Positions 39,869 through 48,393 are shown, counted from the stretch's first letter. The stretch: 50,413 nucleotides of DNA from Candidatus Nomurabacteria bacterium (GCA_943356415.1 CALREW010000003.1:1-50413); one strand, 5' to 3'. Program-made: numbers and translations. Notes: generated by a model from the letters alone, not told the origin.

Positions 39869-40963
39869 TTATTGAACCACTGGGTGTATTTCCCACACAC
39901 CTTCTTTGGCGTCACCATTTTGGTCGAACTCATAGCGGCCGCCAAACCCTCGGTAGCTCGTTTCCTCACGGAGGTACTTAGCAATCGAATCACCGTCCTT
40001 TGCGGGTGCGTTTTGTATTGCCTCAACGAGCAACATCAAACCGTCGTACGCACGGTCAGCGTAGGCGGTCGGTTCCTCACCGTACTTTGCTTTGTACTTA
40101 GCGATGAACTCCGCAGATACGGGCGTCTCGAGTTGGTACACATTTTTGAGTGTGTCAGTCGAGACTGTGTTCGAACTCGCGATCTGTCGGTAAACAGAAG
40201 ATGCGGCAATCACCGGAACATTGAGATGATGCTTGGCAATTTGCTGTACCAACATAACGGCATCTGGTTCGGTGCCAGTCCAGAGAATTGAGTCAGGTGT
40301 CTTCCCAACCAACGAAGGAAACACGGACTCCAGCGCTTTTGCCGTATCTACGTCAGGAAGTGCTTGGAGGAAAACCACTTCGGCGCCTGCTTCCGTAGCC
40401 GCTTTTTTGAAAGCAGCTTCAACCGTATGGCTCCACGCACTTTGCGTAACGACAATGGCGATGCGCTTCTTTCCATTTTCTTTCAACCATTTGGCTACGG
40501 GTGCGTCCATAAGAGCGTTGCGAGGTGCGCCGTGAAATTGGTACGTACTCACATTCTCCACGAACTCTGAAGTGTCTGCGGGAGCATATGCTACAACCTT
40601 GCCTGCGTCGATTGTTGGCTGCGCTGCGCTCTCAAGGAAGGACCACGTCGGACCAACGATGACATCTGGGTGGTAGGTCGTTAAGAGATATTGAAGTGCC
40701 GATATGGTCTTCTTCGGATCAGTACTGTCGTCCTGATACGAAATATCGACGACAACCCCCTTCGCCGCCAGGTCGGCCTGTGCCAAATCCAAGCCTCGTT
40801 TGATGCTCGTTGCATCTTGCACGGCGTATCCAGTGAAACCGAGAACCGCACCGATGCGAACGGTCTCCTTGGATGGAGCCTCATGATTGCTGCGCCAGAG
40901 ACCGTAGCCACCCAAAAGGATGACCAAGATAACAGCGAGAATCGTCCAAAAACCTTTATTCAT
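39869..40963 (-). CDS. LivK/LivJ-like substrate-binding protein 4
   Basis: VRIG..GFTG, YQDD.TDPK, F..KY..KYGEEP..YA..AYD, G..G...FD.NGD. Confidence 0.88.
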   Translation of the reverse strand: MNKGFWTILAVILVILLGGYGLWRSNHEAPSKETVRIGAVLGFTGYAVQDATSIKRGLDLAQADLAAKGVVVDISYQDDSTDPKKTISALQYLLTTYHPDVIVGPTWSFLESAAQPTIDAGKVVAYAPADTSEFVENVSTYQFHGAPRNALMDAPVAKWLKENGKKRIAIVVTQSAWSHTVEAAFKKAATEAGAEVVFLQALPDVDTAKALESVFPSLVGKTPDSILWTGTEPDAVMLVQQIAKHHLNVPVIAASSVYRQIASSNTVSTDTLKNVYQLETPVSAEFIAKYKAKYGEEPTAYADRAYDGLMLLVEAIQNAPAKDGDSIAKYLREETSYRGFGGRYEFDQNGDAKEGVWEIHPVVQ

Positions 40964-41080
40964 AAACGTTTTTAACTAATAGTAACAACAACATTATTAT
41001 CAAAATAGTCAAGTTAGTCAATAAAAAACAGACATAAAATATTGACATTTAAACCTTTTAAATCAATACTTTATGAAAAT

Positions 41081-41839
41081 ATGTCAAACTTTATTGACCC
41101 GAATATTGCATTACAGCTTTCTCACTTCGGTCTTAACGACAAGGAGTCGAGCGTCTACGTACATCTCCTTTCTCGAGATGAAGCGAGTGCTATAGAGATA
41201 AGCAGGGCTCTGCAGATGCATCGTCAGTTTGTATATAACGCCCTTGCGGCCCTCGATGACAAAGGATTGGTCCTTAGGGTGCAAGAGAAACACTCAAAGT
41301 GGAAAGCTGCCGCCCCAAGGGCTCTTGTTGCCATGGCAGAAGTTCAACAATTGCGTGCGGCCAAGCTATCTGAGGAACTAAGAGCATTGATGAAAATTGG
41401 TGCAGGTCAGGAGTTTGAAGTTTCAGAGGGTAACGCTGCTTTTCGGGCTCACTCACTCGAGCTCATGCGAAAGACGCCGCCCAATACGACAACGCTCCTC
41501 TTTTGCGGAGAGTGGGACAAATATTTTGAGCACATTGGCGAGCAGACGCATGCAGAAAATGAGCGTGTGCGAATTATGAAAAATATTTCATATCGAATGG
41601 TCGGCCCAGCTTCTTTTAGTAAGGCTATGAGCGAAGCAGCTCAGAGCCGAAGTTTACTGGAATGCCGGATCCTCCCAGGACTTGAGGCAAACCTGGTCAA
41701 CACGTTGGTGTATGAAGACACTGTGGATTTTGAAATACACGGCGAGCCGCATATCGGCTTGAGCATCAAAAATAAACTTGTAGCAGACGGCCAGAGACGT
41801 GTCTTTGAGACATTGTGGAATCTAGCCACGCCCGCATAA
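41081..41839 (+). CDS. TrmB family regulator (divergent from SBP 4)
   Basis: FGLNDKES.VY..LL, MHRQFVY, FETLW; start ATG 41081. Confidence 0.88.
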   Translation: MSNFIDPNIALQLSHFGLNDKESSVYVHLLSRDEASAIEISRALQMHRQFVYNALAALDDKGLVLRVQEKHSKWKAAAPRALVAMAEVQQLRAAKLSEELRALMKIGAGQEFEVSEGNAAFRAHSLELMRKTPPNTTTLLFCGEWDKYFEHIGEQTHAENERVRIMKNISYRMVGPASFSKAMSEAAQSRSLLECRILPGLEANLVNTLVYEDTVDFEIHGEPHIGLSIKNKLVADGQRRVFETLWNLATPA

Positions 41840-41889
41840 AGGACATATCCACACATCTGTCCTTTACATTTGAGTTGACTGGGCGCACT

Positions 41890-42149
41890 ATTCATATCGG
41901 ACAATAACAAGCCGTGCGAGCGCATTTGCCCTGGTGCGTTCGGCGCATCAGTACATTCGTGCAATAAGCATGCTGATTCGATCCACCGGGATTACTTCAC
42001 ACGTTGAGTTAGCTACTCAACAGCACAAATACGTTTATCGACAACGTATAAAAAGTATGTACACAAAGCGGTACAACGTGAGTGCGTGAAAAAAGCAATC
42101 CTAGTCCGATACGAATCTAACCCCCGACACCTCCACTCGTCGGGGGTTT
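41890..42149. ncRNA. Candidate structured non-coding RNA of unknown family
   Basis: Closing stem 41890-902/42104-116, several internal hairpins, flanking terminator-like hairpin 42119-42149. Confidence 0.4.
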
Positions 42150-42239
42150 GTCATTTCTATAGGACATATCAATTTGCTTACAAAATAGGTTCGTGTTTTA
42201 GTTCCACCCAGATGGCGCCTTTGCGCCAGGGAGACACGA

Positions 42240-42731
42240 ATGGCCTTTAGCCCGAATGATAATCGGGCAGAACGCCCGATTCGATGGAACTGTCTGGTCC
42301 TACTACTGATCGTCCCACTCAAACGCGTGGTCCTCATCAGGACTCCGAGCAAGGACTACGATCGGCTTTCCGTCCCTGGAGGAGGAGACGAAGAATACGA
42401 GCTTGAGCCGCGCGAGACCGCTGAGCGCGAGTTTGGTGAAGAAACGGGTATCTGGCTGAGGGACCTTTTCCCTGGACAGGAAATCCTCAAGCTCGCCTTC
42501 ACTGAGAAACGCGACAGCCGGTCCGGGGGCACTCACGACTACCATCTCTTCGTTGGCGCCGTGGACTGGGCACCGATAGAGAGCGTTATGTTGCGAGGCG
42601 CGACAGGCGAAGTGGTAGAACTCGTCCCGGCCGCAGATTTTATGTGGAACCCGGATTTCCACGATCCGCACCGAGAGTTCCTCACTAAGCCCGATGTGCT
42701 CGAGGGCGTGAAGGAGGCACTCGGAGTCTAG
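42240..42731 (+). CDS. NUDIX hydrolase
   Basis: Nudix box PGGGDEEYELEPRETAEREFGEETGI. Confidence 0.85.
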   Translation: MAFSPNDNRAERPIRWNCLVLLLIVPLKRVVLIRTPSKDYDRLSVPGGGDEEYELEPRETAEREFGEETGIWLRDLFPGQEILKLAFTEKRDSRSGGTHDYHLFVGAVDWAPIESVMLRGATGEVVELVPAADFMWNPDFHDPHREFLTKPDVLEGVKEALGV

Positions 42732-42759
42732 CGCTCTGAGTGCATGAAATGCGAAAGCG

Positions 42760-42790
42760 AAACCCCCCGCGCGTGAAGCGCGGGGGGTTT
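42760..42790. terminator. Bidirectional terminator
   Basis: aaaccccccgcgc-gtgaa-gcgcggggggttt. Confidence 0.75.
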
Positions 42791-42795
42791 GCTCG

Positions 42796-44268
42796 TTATT
42801 CGACGTGATATTTCTTGCGCAGTTCCTTTACGCTTGCCTCTTCCTCTTCTTCTTTACGCTCCTTCCCTGCTTCTCCGAGTTTTTTTAGTTCTTCATCGGA
42901 CAATTTTGATAACTCCCCTACCCTAGCCCGCAAATGTTCGTCCGTATTTTTCTCTGGGTTGTCTAAAACCTCCTCGAGCAAGGCGTGGAGCATGTATCCG
43001 ATGCGCGGTCCTGCCTTCTCCCCCATTTGCATCAGATCGTTTCCATCAATTTTGAGCATTCCCACCGTGAGTGGCGCGCGGAGCGCTTCTTCTATCATCG
43101 ATTGGTACTTGCGCAGGCGAAATGGTTGCTCTTTTGGTCGGCCAGTACCGATACGATCACAAATGCGGAGGTTCACCAGGTCCCAAATATTTTCCTGGCC
43201 GACATTTCGGACGATACGGCGTACAGCAGAGAGCGTTACTTTCTCTGGATCAGAAAAGAACATGTGCCAGCGCACGAGGTTTGAAACTTTATCGACTGTC
43301 TCCTTCGGAAAACGTAGATCCTGCAAGGCTTTTTTGGTCACTCGCGAACCAACGACATCGTGCCCATAAAAGGTCCAATCGTTCTTCTCCTCGGAGCGGC
43401 GGCGGGTCTCAGGCTTGGCTACATCATGGAAAAGTGCCGAGAGGCGTATGTCGAATGACCAACCTTTGTCTGCTGCGTGCTGAAGGCTCCTCAAGTTATG
43501 CTCCCAAACGTCGTAGCTATGTGCTTGGTTTTGATCAATACCCATTCCCCTTTCTAAGTCTGGCGCGATAAAGCGAAGTGCCCCGATGGCTTGGGCAAGC
43601 TGCACGGCTTTCATGGGCTTGCTTGAATTGAGCATGCGCACAAACTCATCACGGATGCGCTCTTTGGATATTTTTCCTAGTCGTCCGACTTCAGCAATCA
43701 TCGCATCGCGCGTTTCGGGCTCTATTGAAAAGTCGAGCTCTGCCGAGAGACGTATGGCGCGCAGTATGCGTAATGCATCTTCTGCAAAACGTTCTCTCGC
43801 CTGCCCTACCGCTCGCAACACGCCAGCTTTCAGATCCGCCTGCCCCCCGTAGTTGTCTACGAGTACATCTTTTTCTGGACTATAGGCAAATGCGTTCACC
43901 GTAAAGTCTCGACGCTTAAGATCGTCATCGAGTTTCTGGCTCCAGATTACCTCGTCCGGCCGGCGTGAGTCGGTGTACTTCCCTTCCACGCGGTACGGGG
44001 TTACTTCAATGACTTTGAGTCGCTCGTCTGCAGCCTCGTCCCACACAACACCCACGGTCCCAAATTCGTTCGTATAGAAGGTATGCGGAAATATTCGCTG
44101 GATGTCCTCCGGCGTTGCGTCGGTAGTAACGTCCCAGTCGTTCGGCTCCTTCCCTATTACAAGATCGCGGATACAACCACCAACCACGTAGGCTTCGAAG
44201 CCTGCGTCCGAGAGACCAGATGTCACTTGGAGCACTTCTTTCGGTATTGAATCAGGCCGTATTTTCAC
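42796..44268 (-). CDS. cca: CCA tRNA nucleotidyltransferase with HD domain
   Basis: VGGCIRD...DWD, RRDFTVNA, EDALRILRA, LFHDVAKP. Confidence 0.9.
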   Translation of the reverse strand: MKIRPDSIPKEVLQVTSGLSDAGFEAYVVGGCIRDLVIGKEPNDWDVTTDATPEDIQRIFPHTFYTNEFGTVGVVWDEAADERLKVIEVTPYRVEGKYTDSRRPDEVIWSQKLDDDLKRRDFTVNAFAYSPEKDVLVDNYGGQADLKAGVLRAVGQARERFAEDALRILRAIRLSAELDFSIEPETRDAMIAEVGRLGKISKERIRDEFVRMLNSSKPMKAVQLAQAIGALRFIAPDLERGMGIDQNQAHSYDVWEHNLRSLQHAADKGWSFDIRLSALFHDVAKPETRRRSEEKNDWTFYGHDVVGSRVTKKALQDLRFPKETVDKVSNLVRWHMFFSDPEKVTLSAVRRIVRNVGQENIWDLVNLRICDRIGTGRPKEQPFRLRKYQSMIEEALRAPLTVGMLKIDGNDLMQMGEKAGPRIGYMLHALLEEVLDNPEKNTDEHLRARVGELSKLSDEELKKLGEAGKERKEEEEEASVKELRKKYHVE

Positions 44269-44340
44269 ACAACCATCCTAACAGACATTCCTAAGTGAGC
44301 GCTTTGTTATAGCCCTCCCCTGACGTACCATGGGCCCATT

Positions 44341-44412
44341 GCTCCCGTGGTGAAATGGATATCACGACTGGCTTCGAACCAGTTATTCCAGGTTCGAGTC
44401 CTGGCGGGAGCA
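44341..44412 (+). tRNA. tRNA-Arg(TCG)
   Basis: Cloverleaf; anticodon arm actgg-cTTCGaa-ccagt; T-loop TTCGAGT; CCA not encoded. Confidence 0.93.
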
Positions 44413-44524
44413 CCTAGACAGAAATATCTGCCCTGCGGCAGATTTTCTGCGCAGGTTCTGACCTGAGCTAAGACCCTCTTGGGGATTAGACGCTAGTCTG
44501 CTATTGTTTTGTCGTCTAAGTTCA

Positions 44525-44574
44525 GCGGATATCGGTTTGGCCTGAGGAATACCTCTAGGCTGTGTTAGAACGGC
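44525..44574 (+). repeat. Degenerate copy of the tRNA-Gly(GCC) 5' half with hairpin insert
   Basis: gcggatatcggtt-[tggcctgaggaatacctctaggct]-gtgttagaacggc versus tRNA gcggatatggtt-ta-gtggtaggacggc. Confidence 0.7.
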
Positions 44575-44608
44575 CGCAGGTTCAGTAAAGGTCATGAGTT
44601 CCTAGAAT

Positions 44609-44655
44609 GCCGGATAGGTTCTCGCTTGGGCAAGCCCTGAGCTGTGGTAGGACGG
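44609..44655 (+). repeat. Degenerate copy of the tRNA-Gly(GCC) 5' half with hairpin insert
   Basis: gccggataggtt-[ctcgcttgggcaagccctgagct]-gtggtaggacgg. Confidence 0.75.
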
Positions 44656-44669
44656 TCAAAGTTTGAAAT

Positions 44670-44740
44670 GCGGATATGGTTTAGTGGTAGGACGGCTCCT
44701 TGCCAAGGAGCAGGCGGGAGTTCGATTCTCCCTATCCGCA
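44670..44740 (+). tRNA. tRNA-Gly(GCC)
   Basis: Acceptor gcggata/tatccgc; anticodon arm gctcc-ttGCCaa-ggagc; T-loop TTCGATT. Confidence 0.93.
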
Positions 44741-44916
44741 CAAGCACAAAAATGAGCCCTTCGAAGGGCCATTTTTGTTTGTGCGGATAGAGGAAGCCGA
44801 CTGCTCGGCTTCCGTGGAGAATCGAACAGCTGAGCTATGTTACCCTCAGGTAACAGGCGAGCTGGTGCCCAGACCAAGGTGAGCGACGGCGAACCTTGAG
44901 TCGCGGGCGATCTCCC
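44741..44916. mobile_element. tRNA-anchored fold-back mini element
   Basis: Inverted copy of the tRNA 3' end (44780-90 and 44816-27), consecutive hairpins, T-arm-like remnant cgatctccc at 44908-16. Confidence 0.5.
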
Positions 44917-45026
44917 GGCATCTCTCCTTGTTTCCCGTGTAACAGGCAAAATAGACAACAAGACGCAAAAGACATCCAGGTTTTATGAATATTGGGTGTT
45001 GAAAAATAAGGGTTTTACTCAAAATC

Positions 45027-45055
45027 TGTGGATAACATTGGGGACATGTGCATAA
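45027..45055. promoter_or_regulatory. DnaA boxes in an AT-rich intergenic region
   Basis: TGTGGATAA (45027-35, consensus) and TGTGCATAA (45047-55, one mismatch). Confidence 0.5.
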
Positions 45056-45151
45056 AAGACACGTCCGATAGGCCTTTAGAATATGGTTCGATTTCAAAAA
45101 TATGGCCTAAAATAAGGTCTTTTTGACTTTTTAGGTCTAAGAAAGTAAAAA

Positions 45152-45395
45152 CGTTTCACGTGATAGGAATTATATGAAGTTTCCCGTGAAAACAACTGAA
45201 AAGCGCCTAACAGGCAACCTAGGAGAGGCTTTAGTTGCTAAATACCTTACAAAACAAGGATTTATAGTACTTTCACGTAACTATCTCCTTGCGTATGGGG
45301 AGTTGGACCTCGTAGCTAAAAAGGCAGGAGTTATCCACTTTGTTGAGGTTAAGTCTGTTACATGTGAAATACCCCCAGATGTTTCCCGTGAAATG
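45152..45395. promoter_or_regulatory. Cluster of parS-like sites
   Basis: Four degenerate matches to TGTTNCACGTGAAACA at 45152, 45178, 45356 and 45380. Confidence 0.6.
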
Positions 45396-45590
45396 AGTAT
45401 TATTAAAAACCCTGCTGAAAAGATAGATGAGCACAAATTGCGCAAAATAGGGAAGGCCGCTCAGACATATCTAGTCAACATGGATCTTTTGGACATGGAC
45501 TGGCAGGTAGATGCGGCACTTGTATGGATTGACCGTGCCTCTAAACGAGCAAAGGTCGAGTTGCTTGAAAACGTGAGTGCGGGCATATAA
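45174..45590 (+). CDS. yraN: YraN family (UPF0102) nuclease
   Basis: G.LGE..A.YL...GF..L.RNY...GELDLVA......FVEVK. Confidence 0.9.
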   Translation: MKFPVKTTEKRLTGNLGEALVAKYLTKQGFIVLSRNYLLAYGELDLVAKKAGVIHFVEVKSVTCEIPPDVSREMSIIKNPAEKIDEHKLRKIGKAAQTYLVNMDLLDMDWQVDAALVWIDRASKRAKVELLENVSAGI

Positions 45591-45636
45591 AGGACATTGA
45601 TGTCCTTTATGGTAGGGTAGGGAGGTTCGAAAAATT

Positions 45637-45707
45637 CGGGGCGTAGTATATCGGTAGTATGCGTGCTTTGGGAGCACGAGGGCCGGGTTCGATTCCCGGC
45701 GCCCCGA
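45637..45707 (+). tRNA. tRNA-Pro(TGG)
   Basis: Acceptor cggggcg/cgccccg; anticodon arm cgtgc-ttTGGga-gcacg; T-loop TTCGATT. Confidence 0.93.
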
Positions 45708-45715
45708 CAGATTTA

Positions 45716-45741
45716 GCAAAAAGCGCTTCGGCGCTTTTTGC
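45716..45741 (+). terminator. Terminator after tRNA-Pro
   Basis: gcaaaaagcgc-ttcg-gcgctttttgc. Confidence 0.8.
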
Positions 45742-45781
45742 GTTTCGGTGTGGGAAATCCACAAAACTTTTTGAATCGTAG

Positions 45782-45810
45782 TTGACAGGGTTTTCAAACC
45801 GCACTACATT
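45782..45810 (+). promoter_or_regulatory. Sigma70-type promoter
   Basis: TTGACA-17 bp-TACATT. Confidence 0.7.
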
Positions 45811-45816
45811 CGCTAT

Positions 45817-45944
45817 ATGGAACGCCGTTCCTACATCGTCACCAAGTTTTGGCTCCTCCTTACCGAGGGGGCCTCTTGTGGCATGTAGGAATTCGTTCTA
45901 AAGAACTCCTAGACCACAAAGGCCCCCGAAAGGGGGCCTTGGTC
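45817..45944 (+). promoter_or_regulatory. Attenuator-like leader with 23-aa leader ORF (45817-45888)
   Basis: Mutually exclusive 1:2, 2:3 and 3:4 pairings; ORF MERRSYIVTKFWLLLTEGASCGM starts at the predicted +1. Confidence 0.55.
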
Positions 45945-45953
45945 GTTTAGGGG

Positions 45954-47012
45954 ATGTCTCGTCCCTTGTCAGTCACGTTCAAAATGGAGGAACGGAAGTT
46001 GAAAGCACGATCCCAAGCGGGGCAACAGACCCCGGCACATGTGTTGGCTGCGGCTTGCCTGGCAAAAGCCAGTGCGGTCACCCTTCCCAACGGCTGGAAA
46101 TTTCGCCACTCGCAGAGGGCGGAAGAGCTGCAGCAGGACACGGTGGATTTCCTGACCGGCGTGATGGAGCGGTGGAGAACCGCTTCTCCCACAGAAGAGA
46201 CCTGGGCTCGACGTCACCTGGGGGCCCCGTCCATCTTTGGCCGGGTCAAATTCATCATCGAACAAGATGGCACTGTTCGGGTCATCAGCATCGATGGTGC
46301 GCCCTATATCGGGCTCAGCGCCAAGTACGATCCCGTCTACCGCGGTGCCCTCGAGTACTACAAGGCTGGCGGAGGCCAATGGCCGAACTTCGTTTCTGTC
46401 ACCGGCCCAAACGTCACGAGCGACGACTCCCTATGGGTCAAGACCGTCACGCTGAGCGAAGCCCGCAAAATGGCCGGGCAGCTCTATCTCGTTCGCTTCA
46501 ACCCCAAGACGAATCGCGCGAGGGATGAGGCGGACCTCGTCCATCAATCTGTCGTGCCGGTCGCCCACGTCAACAATCGCTCCTACGGCACGAAGCTCGA
46601 TCTCCTCGAGCCCTTCAAGTGGAGCGATGACGAAGACCCCATCAAGGGCCCGCACGCCATCAAGGGCAGTTGCGGTCGTGGGGGACACTCGGTGTTCTTC
46701 TACGGTCTTGATGCGGGACAGCGGCCGGCGGGGTGCAAGAGTGGCGACTTCGTCGGCGAGGATCGCCTGAAGGCCTTCCTGGACCGCAACGGCGGCAGCG
46801 CGTTCAAGCAGCGCATGTACGGTCCTATGATGCTGTCGCACTGTCCGGGTATGTGCGCGGTCTTCTGCCTGGACTTCGCGTTCGACCGCAAGGCCGGCGC
46901 GTTCGGTAGCTACCGTGCTATCGGTGGCACCTGGCGGGCTCAGCGCTCCATGGTCGTCGTTCCGGGCGAGAAGACCATCATCGGCCCGTTGCGACTTCCG
47001 GGCCGTTCCTGA
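45954..47012 (+). CDS. Hypothetical protein, possibly a degenerate ATP-grasp fold
   Basis: 352-aa GC-rich ORF with AGGGG RBS; weak resemblance to CPR ATP-grasp-like proteins (N.SYG, Q...PM, GG.W.A...GP). Confidence 0.65.
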   Translation: MSRPLSVTFKMEERKLKARSQAGQQTPAHVLAAACLAKASAVTLPNGWKFRHSQRAEELQQDTVDFLTGVMERWRTASPTEETWARRHLGAPSIFGRVKFIIEQDGTVRVISIDGAPYIGLSAKYDPVYRGALEYYKAGGGQWPNFVSVTGPNVTSDDSLWVKTVTLSEARKMAGQLYLVRFNPKTNRARDEADLVHQSVVPVAHVNNRSYGTKLDLLEPFKWSDDEDPIKGPHAIKGSCGRGGHSVFFYGLDAGQRPAGCKSGDFVGEDRLKAFLDRNGGSAFKQRMYGPMMLSHCPGMCAVFCLDFAFDRKAGAFGSYRAIGGTWRAQRSMVVVPGEKTIIGPLRLPGRS

Positions 47013-47041
47013 CCTAGTCCCGGCTTCGGCCGGCACGGGAA

Positions 47042-47070
47042 GCACCGCGCGTACTACGCGCGGTGCCTTT
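47042..47070. terminator. Terminator between convergent genes
   Basis: gcaccgcgcgta-c-tacgcgcggtgc-cttt. Confidence 0.65.
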
Positions 47071-47090
47071 CGTTTCAGTCAGGAGATTTT

Positions 47091-48293
47091 TTACTGCTCC
47101 AGCACTTCGACCAGTGTTTGTTTGAGTGTGGGTACTACGTTGAGATTAAAGAGAAGTGCTTTCTGCGCGATGTCGCCCGTGAGAAGCGCCGCAAGACCTG
47201 AACCCGTTTGCTCAGTAATACTTTTGTTTATGTGACTGACGGTTATCGCACGTAAATCGCGCTCTGCAGTCGTGGCGCCTTGTGTTGCGGTAGCGATGAG
47301 GCCAATGAGCGCGGCATCTGACTCACGAACCACTGCGCCGCCGGAGGAACCTTTTTGCGAAAGTATCGTACCACCAGCAGAGAAGAGATCGGCACCACCG
47401 CCTTCTTTGAAAGTAAAGATTTGGCCAATAGTGGTTCGCGCTGAAGAGATAAAGAGGTTGGTTTGAATCGTCGCGCCATCAAAGAATCCAGCGGGATAGG
47501 CAGCGAGCACCACGGGCACATTTTCAATATTTTCTGCTACCGACATAGAAACGTGCGGGAAAGAAGAGGGAAGTGTATTTGAACCGCTCGGCCCAGTGAT
47601 GCGCAAAAAGGCGAAGTCATTTTCTCCCGTGCCGGTTGGATTTTCAGCAATTATTTTATTAGCATTGTCGGTCATCCACTGTGACGGAAAGTACAGTAGT
47701 TCAGCCTTATACATGGCGCGCGCAGGGGAGCCGCTGCGTATGACGCAGTCGACGTTTCCCGCAGTGGGGTAGTCGCGAAGCAAGAAGAACTGTGCGACGT
47801 GCGCGTTGGTGAGAACGATGCCTCGAGAGTCAATCATGATGCCGCTGCCAGAGATCGGACGCAGGGGACCGCCGCCTGAAGTGACGCAGAGAATATTTAC
47901 GAGGGCACTCCGAACCTTTGTATTAACGTCACCAACAGTCTCTGCTGGTGTTGGTGTTGTTGGAGGGGTTGGTGTGGCGACCACAGGAGTTGAAGGCTCC
48001 GGGTTCTTTGGAGGGAGTGGGGTAGGGGATTCTGGTTTTTTTACAGGAGGAGTAGCCGGGACATCTTTTGGCGCCACTGCAACAGATTTTTTTTCTTCGG
48101 GAGGTTTCGATGTATTGATTGCGTAGGGTGCTGCTTTAGGAAGTGTGACTGAAAGCGTTGTCGGAAAATGTAAAAATGGGGCAGGGGAGACGTGCGGCAG
48201 TTGTGGGTACGAAAATGTGGCGCCTGAAGCAATAATTGCGAGCCCTGTTGCTATCTGGCCGAAGACTGAGGTGATGATGTCGAGAAAAGACAT
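47091..48293 (-). CDS. Trypsin-like (S1) serine protease with Pro-rich stalk
   Basis: GSG, LTNAHVA (His), DFAFL (Asp), GSSGG (Ser); no PDZ domain. Confidence 0.88.
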   Translation of the reverse strand: MSFLDIITSVFGQIATGLAIIASGATFSYPQLPHVSPAPFLHFPTTLSVTLPKAAPYAINTSKPPEEKKSVAVAPKDVPATPPVKKPESPTPLPPKNPEPSTPVVATPTPPTTPTPAETVGDVNTKVRSALVNILCVTSGGGPLRPISGSGIMIDSRGIVLTNAHVAQFFLLRDYPTAGNVDCVIRSGSPARAMYKAELLYFPSQWMTDNANKIIAENPTGTGENDFAFLRITGPSGSNTLPSSFPHVSMSVAENIENVPVVLAAYPAGFFDGATIQTNLFISSARTTIGQIFTFKEGGGADLFSAGGTILSQKGSSGGAVVRESDAALIGLIATATQGATTAERDLRAITVSHINKSITEQTGSGLAALLTGDIAQKALLFNLNVVPTLKQTLVEVLEQ

Positions 48294-48393
48294 ATATCGA
48301 GTATACCTGCGAGAAGGTTTTCGACGAGGTTATCTCAAAGGCATCCAGTATGCTAGGTTGTAGGGCGACGAGCGGGAACTCGTCGTTCAAAAA

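Noticed and set aside
41890-42149. RNase P RNA, tmRNA, SRP RNA, retron or group II intron
   Set aside because: No GAGGAAAGUCC, no tmRNA ends with a T-loop, no SRP GGAA loop motif, no complete domain V and no reverse transcriptase gene in the window.
44413-44670. CRISPR array or 6S RNA between tRNA-Arg and tRNA-Gly
   Set aside because: The repeats are few, degenerate and derived from the tRNA 5' half; there are no cas genes and no 6S-type rod.
44940-45170. oriC
   Set aside because: Only two good DnaA boxes, no adjacent dnaA or dnaN and no clear switch in gene orientation; kept only as an origin-proximity hint.
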